A stretch of 64,000 nucleotides of DNA from Eledone cirrhosa. Taxonomy: Eukaryota. Where the stretch lies: positions 6,882,001-6,946,000 of the forward strand of contig OZ024761.1 in NCBI GenBank assembly GCA_964016885.1, in the 5' to 3' direction. Position 1 is the first letter of the stretch, and every line of letters starts with the position of its first letter. Position numbers and translations under genes: made by a program. The notes beneath the pieces were generated by a model that was given only the letters and a program-made list of their open reading frames with translations, made no database searches and was not told where the DNA came from. This document shows positions 58,781-64,000 of the stretch, piece by piece.

Positions 58781-61099
58781 TTAATTGTAAGTTGTGATGT
58801 TGCTGTTCCACTCATATTTTCTATTTAATTTTGGTTTTAATTCTTTTATGCTTACTGCCTCTGTAATTTGCCTAAACATTGCGTCTTTCTTGTGTGTGGA
58901 TTCTATTTTTATTTCTATGCTCTCTAATTTACCCCTGTGTTCTATCTTAGCATGTTGGTAGAGCACAGATGATTCTTTACTATCTTGGAGGTCTCGCCAG
59001 TGTTCATTTATTCGTTCCCCTATACTACGAGCTGTCTCACCTATGTACACTATATTTTTGTTTCTACATTGTCCCTCAGTACATCTTATGCTATATACTA
59101 CATTTCTAGTTTTACAGTTAATATGGGGGCTTATTTTACAGGTTATACATTTCTTATCTATACATGAGGGTCTTTGGAACGGGTATGTCTTGCTAATAAG
59201 TGTTTTTACGGAGGTACCAGGTCTTTCTACTATCTTAATATTGAGATTATGTTTCTTTAGGGCCCTTCTAAATTTGTAGGCTAGTTCACCTCTAGGGGTT
59301 GTATTGATGAACATTACACTCTGGTATTTATTGCTATCATACCATGAGTTTATTCTATTGGCCTTGTTCTTAGTTCTTTCTATTCTATTCCAAAATTTGC
59401 TCCTATACAAGGGGCAGGTCCCATTTATGTCATTATTTACCATTTTTTCCCATTTGGTTCTGGCTCCTTTATACACTCTGATTCTATCTCTCTGATTGTA
59501 GCCAGAGAACTGCATACGGTGGATGAAGTGTTGTATGTGTCTCTCTAGTTCTTCGGGGTTGCACATGCGGGACACATTTCTCATCACCCGTATCAAATCC
59601 GCAATCAGTATGTTGATTTTGGTATGGTCCGAAATGGCCGAGTTTCGGTGGATCAGATGTTTGGAAGTCATGGGTTTGGCATAATGGGAATGGAGGATTT
59701 GTTTTTGGTTGTTAATAGTATCTAACCAGAGCTCTGTGTCTAGTACAGGTAATCGATGGTTGGGGTGTCTACTTGGGTAGTCTATAGTAACTCTAATGCT
59801 CTGGTGGATGGAGTTTGCTATTTGCTGGATGCTTTCCATTGTGTTTTTCTCAGGTTCCTGACTGTTCTTTAGTGGGGGTGTCTTAACTACGATGTTTATA
59901 TCATCTACGTAGCGGGAGTACATTATCAGGGTTAATCTGTCTTCTAATTGTTCTTTAAGTTTTTGTTTAAGTCTACTGTCCCACCATACCATGAACAAGT
60001 TAGCTATGTCGCCTGCAATGCTAACACCAATGGCTGCTCCTTCCTCTTGGGCATATGTTTTACCATTAAATTTGAACATATGTTCCTTAAGGGTTAATTT
60101 TATGCTGGCCCCTACCGCATGTGCAATCATTTTCTTCAGTTCATCGTGGTTTTCGGGTGTCCGTATGGCTCTGGTCCACCCGTTCCATCTATCTGTGTGG
60201 GTTTTCTTGGCCATTGAGGTAATGGTAGGTGGTCTGCCTCTTGCTGGTCTTGTAGGGCACAGGTTGCTAAGGTCATAAGTGTCTAGGTAACTATTACTAT
60301 GGGTAAGCTTAAGTAGAAGTCCCAGCTCACTGGTATCAATCCCACGGAACTCAACCTTGCTCTCGCTGATCATTTCGACGCATTTCTCCACAGCAAAATC
60401 CACGTCAATAGATGGATACAGGGACACAACATCCATACTGCCTATTATGCAGTTTGTTAGGTCCCCAGATCGGTTACCCGCGTCGATTCTGCTGAGGAGG
60501 TCCTCCGTGCTGTCACACACATCTGGGGACATCTCAATGATGGGGCGTATGATCAGGGAGAGGAAGTAGGACAGTCTGTAGTTACTAGCAATGTTAGCCC
60601 CACAGACTGGCCGTGTTGGTGGTCCCGCGACAGGGTCCCAGCCCGTTTTATGGTCTTTTCGAAGCCCATACAACGCCGGCACGTCATTGTTCCAGGCCTG
60701 GAAGTTGTTGGCAGTCCTTTTGTTGGGCTGCATTATATTTGTCCACATCACCATATGGGCATTGAGGGTTTTTTCTCTGTCCTCATGCTCCTGTGGTGTT
60801 ACCTCTCTTGTGTTAGTGATGTGGGGTTGCATTGCCTGGATGTAGTTTGGCAGGCTGTCAACCGACATTCTGCCAGACTTGTCTGTTGGAAAGCATGCTA
60901 TCTCTCCATTACGCGAGCGCTGCATGAGCTTACGCAAGCCATTTGCAGATTCTTCTCCCAGTTGCTGGGCCTCTATTCTATTATGCTTCTTGCTATACTG
61001 TTCTATAATATTTCTAAGTTCGGATTTAGCTATACTAAATTGTGCTTCTGTTTGTTCATCGACCTGCGACGGCAACTGCGTGCGTTTGTTAAATGGCAA
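58781..61099 (-). CDS. PLE reverse transcriptase and GIY-YIG endonuclease (772 aa open, N-truncated)
   Basis: TDKSG, LYGLRKDHK, PPTRPVC, SMDVVSLYPSI, GAAIG, RYVDD, LPVLD, Cys-rich linker, VVY.I.C...YIGETAR...ER..EH. Confidence 0.93.
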   Translation of the reverse strand: MPFNKRTQLPSQVDEQTEAQFSIAKSELRNIIEQYSKKHNRIEAQQLGEESANGLRKLMQRSRNGEIACFPTDKSGRMSVDSLPNYIQAMQPHITNTREVTPQEHEDREKTLNAHMVMWTNIMQPNKRTANNFQAWNNDVPALYGLRKDHKTGWDPVAGPPTRPVCGANIASNYRLSYFLSLIIRPIIEMSPDVCDSTEDLLSRIDAGNRSGDLTNCIIGSMDVVSLYPSIDVDFAVEKCVEMISESKVEFRGIDTSELGLLLKLTHSNSYLDTYDLSNLCPTRPARGRPPTITSMAKKTHTDRWNGWTRAIRTPENHDELKKMIAHAVGASIKLTLKEHMFKFNGKTYAQEEGAAIGVSIAGDIANLFMVWWDSRLKQKLKEQLEDRLTLIMYSRYVDDINIVVKTPPLKNSQEPEKNTMESIQQIANSIHQSIRVTIDYPSRHPNHRLPVLDTELWLDTINNQKQILHSHYAKPMTSKHLIHRNSAISDHTKINILIADLIRVMRNVSRMCNPEELERHIQHFIHRMQFSGYNQRDRIRVYKGARTKWEKMVNNDINGTCPLYRSKFWNRIERTKNKANRINSWYDSNKYQSVMFINTTPRGELAYKFRRALKKHNLNIKIVERPGTSVKTLISKTYPFQRPSCIDKKCITCKISPHINCKTRNVVYSIRCTEGQCRNKNIVYIGETARSIGERINEHWRDLQDSKESSVLYQHAKIEHRGKLESIEIKIESTHKKDAMFRQITEAVSIKELKPKLNRKYEWNSNITTYN

Positions 61100-61107
61100 A
61101 GTCGTGG

Positions 61108-64000
61108 AAAAATCATAGAAAAATCATTTACGAAACTACGCTGGAGCATCAAAAACAAAAACAAAAGCAACAATATACGCACACACATATACAACACACA
61201 TCCCAACAACAACAGACACACAGACACAAACAATAACAACAACAATAGCAACATACCCAGATACACTACCAACAATAGCAACATACCCAGATACAACAGA
61301 CACGCAGACACAAACAACAATAACAACACACACGGAGACAACAATAACAACAACACACACATCAACAACAACAACAACAGCAACATACCCAGATACAACA
61401 ACAACAGACACGCAAACACAAACAACAATAACAACACACACAACAACGATAACACACACACACACGGAGACAACAACACACATCAACAACAACACACATC
61501 AACAACAACAACACACACACATTCAATGCCTCTCACCACCACTACAATCTTAACAAACACACAGACACAGAAAACAAGTAATGACAGTAGCACAGAAATC
61601 AGAGAAATAAGAGAAAGTAATAGGATTAAAAGGAGTAGGGAGACTAAGGACAAAGAGAATAACCAAGACGAACACACAGACACACAAAATAGGGTAGATA
61701 ACAACATTGAGCCAGTGGAAAGAGACAGGAGTAATTATGAGAGACATAGAAACAACCATGAAGCTGAGGCTGCTGCTGTTGGTGGAAATAGAAACAACAC
61801 AACTAACAATAGCGCAAGTACACATAAAGCAGCAGCCTGGAACTCTCCGTTTTATAACCACTCCGATAAATCATTCGACCTACGACGAGTCCACGCCACG
61901 ACTTTGCCATTTAACAAACGCACGCAGTTGCCGTCGCAGGTCGATGAACAAACAGAAGCACAATTTAGTATAGCTAAATCCGAACTTAGAAATATTATAG
62001 AACAGTATAGCAAGAAGCATAATAGAATAGAGGCCCAGCAACTGGGAGAAGAATCTGCAAATGGCTTGCGTAAGCTCATGCAGCGCTCGCGTAATGGAGA
62101 GATAGCATGCTTTCCAACAGACAAGTCTGGCAGAATGTCGGTTGACAGCCTGCCAAACTACATCCAGGCAATGCAACCCCACATCACTAACACAAGAGAG
62201 GTAACACCACAGGAGCATGAGGACAGAGAAAAAACCCTCAATGCCCATATGGTGATGTGGACAAATATAATGCAGCCCAACAAAAGGACTGCCAACAACT
62301 TCCAGGCCTGGAACAATGACGTGCCGGCGTTGTATGGGCTTCGAAAAGACCATAAAACGGGCTGGGACCCTGTCGCGGGACCACCAACACGGCCAGTCTG
62401 TGGGGCTAACATTGCTAGTAACTACAGACTGTCCTACTTCCTCTCCCTGATCATACGCCCCATCATTGAGATGTCCCCAGATGTGTGTGACAGCACGGAG
62501 GACCTCCTCAGCAGAATCGACGCGGGTAACCGATCTGGGGACCTAACAAACTGCATAATAGGCAGTATGGATGTTGTGTCCCTGTATCCATCTATTGACG
62601 TGGATTTTGCTGTGGAGAAATGCGTCGAAATGATCAGCGAGAGCAAGGTTGAGTTCCGTGGGATTGATACCAGTGAGCTGGGACTTCTACTTAAGCTTAC
62701 CCATAGTAATAGTTACCTAGACACTTATGACCTTAGCAACCTGTGCCCTACAAGACCAGCAAGAGGCAGACCACCTACCATTACCTCAATGGCCAAGAAA
62801 ACCCACACAGATAGATGGAACGGGTGGACCAGAGCCATACGGACACCCGAAAACCACGATGAACTGAAGAAAATGATTGCACATGCGGTAGGGGCCAGCA
62901 TAAAATTAACCCTTAAGGAACATATGTTCAAATTTAATGGTAAAACATATGCCCAAGAGGAAGGAGCAGCCATTGGTGTTAGCATTGCAGGCGACATAGC
63001 TAACTTGTTCATGGTATGGTGGGACAGTAGACTTAAACAAAAACTTAAAGAACAATTAGAAGACAGATTAACCCTGATAATGTACTCCCGCTACGTAGAT
63101 GATATAAACATCGTAGTTAAGACACCCCCACTAAAGAACAGTCAGGAACCTGAGAAAAACACAATGGAAAGCATCCAGCAAATAGCAAACTCCATCCACC
63201 AGAGCATTAGAGTTACTATAGACTACCCAAGTAGACACCCCAACCATCGATTACCTGTACTAGACACAGAGCTCTGGTTAGATACTATTAACAACCAAAA
63301 ACAAATCCTCCATTCCCATTATGCCAAACCCATGACTTCCAAACATCTGATCCACCGAAACTCGGCCATTTCGGACCATACCAAAATCAACATACTGATT
63401 GCGGATTTGATACGGGTGATGAGAAATGTGTCCCGCATGTGCAACCCCGAAGAACTAGAGAGACACATACAACACTTCATCCACCGTATGCAGTTCTCTG
63501 GCTACAATCAGAGAGATAGAATCAGAGTGTATAAAGGAGCCAGAACCAAATGGGAAAAAATGGTAAATAATGACATAAATGGGACCTGCCCCTTGTATAG
63601 GAGCAAATTTTGGAATAGAATAGAAAGAACTAAGAACAAGGCCAATAGAATAAACTCATGGTATGATAGCAATAAATACCAGAGTGTAATGTTCATCAAT
63701 ACAACCCCTAGAGGTGAACTAGCCTACAAATTTAGAAGGGCCCTAAAGAAACATAATCTCAATATTAAGATAGTAGAAAGACCTGGTACCTCCGTAAAAA
63801 CACTTATTAGCAAGACATACCCGTTCCAAAGACCCTCATGTATAGATAAGAAATGTATAACCTGTAAAATAAGCCCCCATATTAACTGTAAAACTAGAAA
63901 TGTAGTATATAGCATAAGATGTACTGAGGGACAATGTAGAAACAAAAATATAGTGTACATAGGTGAGACAGCTCGTAGTATAGGGGAACGAATAAATGAA
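61108..64000 (+). CDS. PLE ORF, longer copy, open to the window end
   Basis: Frame read by hand from IEKSFTKLRW through an Asn/Thr-rich tract to DLRRVHATTLPFNKR. 61896-64000 mirrors 59003-61107. Absent from the ORF track because no stop is reached. Confidence 0.88.

Overview
AT-rich, repeat-dense animal genomic DNA. The SINE/RTE/Penelope landscape looks like an octopod cephalopod (inference from recalled families, not a database search). The left half holds the first 8 coding exons (minus strand, 32019->184, 804 nt, 268 aa, all GT-AG and in phase) of an intron-containing but unusually divergent 26S proteasome AAA-ATPase Rpt1/PSMC2-like gene, which continues beyond the left edge. Its introns are inflated by minisatellites (20-27, 15, 28 and 49 bp units), R4/Dong-like, RTE, SINE and Helitron-like insertions, and one 73-bp exon sits inside ~14 kb of satellite. 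The right half is transposon and microsatellite sequence: a near full-length degenerate Tx1/L1-clade LINE inside a 60/71-bp minisatellite, CRE-like and RTE fragments, multi-kb (TA)n/(TATATG)n tracts, and a head-to-head inverted pair of Neptune-type Penelope-like elements (PLEs). Features that ORF annotation misses include three minimal type I hammerhead ribozyme motifs, a ~1.1-kb three-stem fold-back with a hammerhead in one loop, many other fold-backs, and a SINE whose 3' end resembles the Tx1 3' end. Most long ORFs in the track are repeat artefacts.
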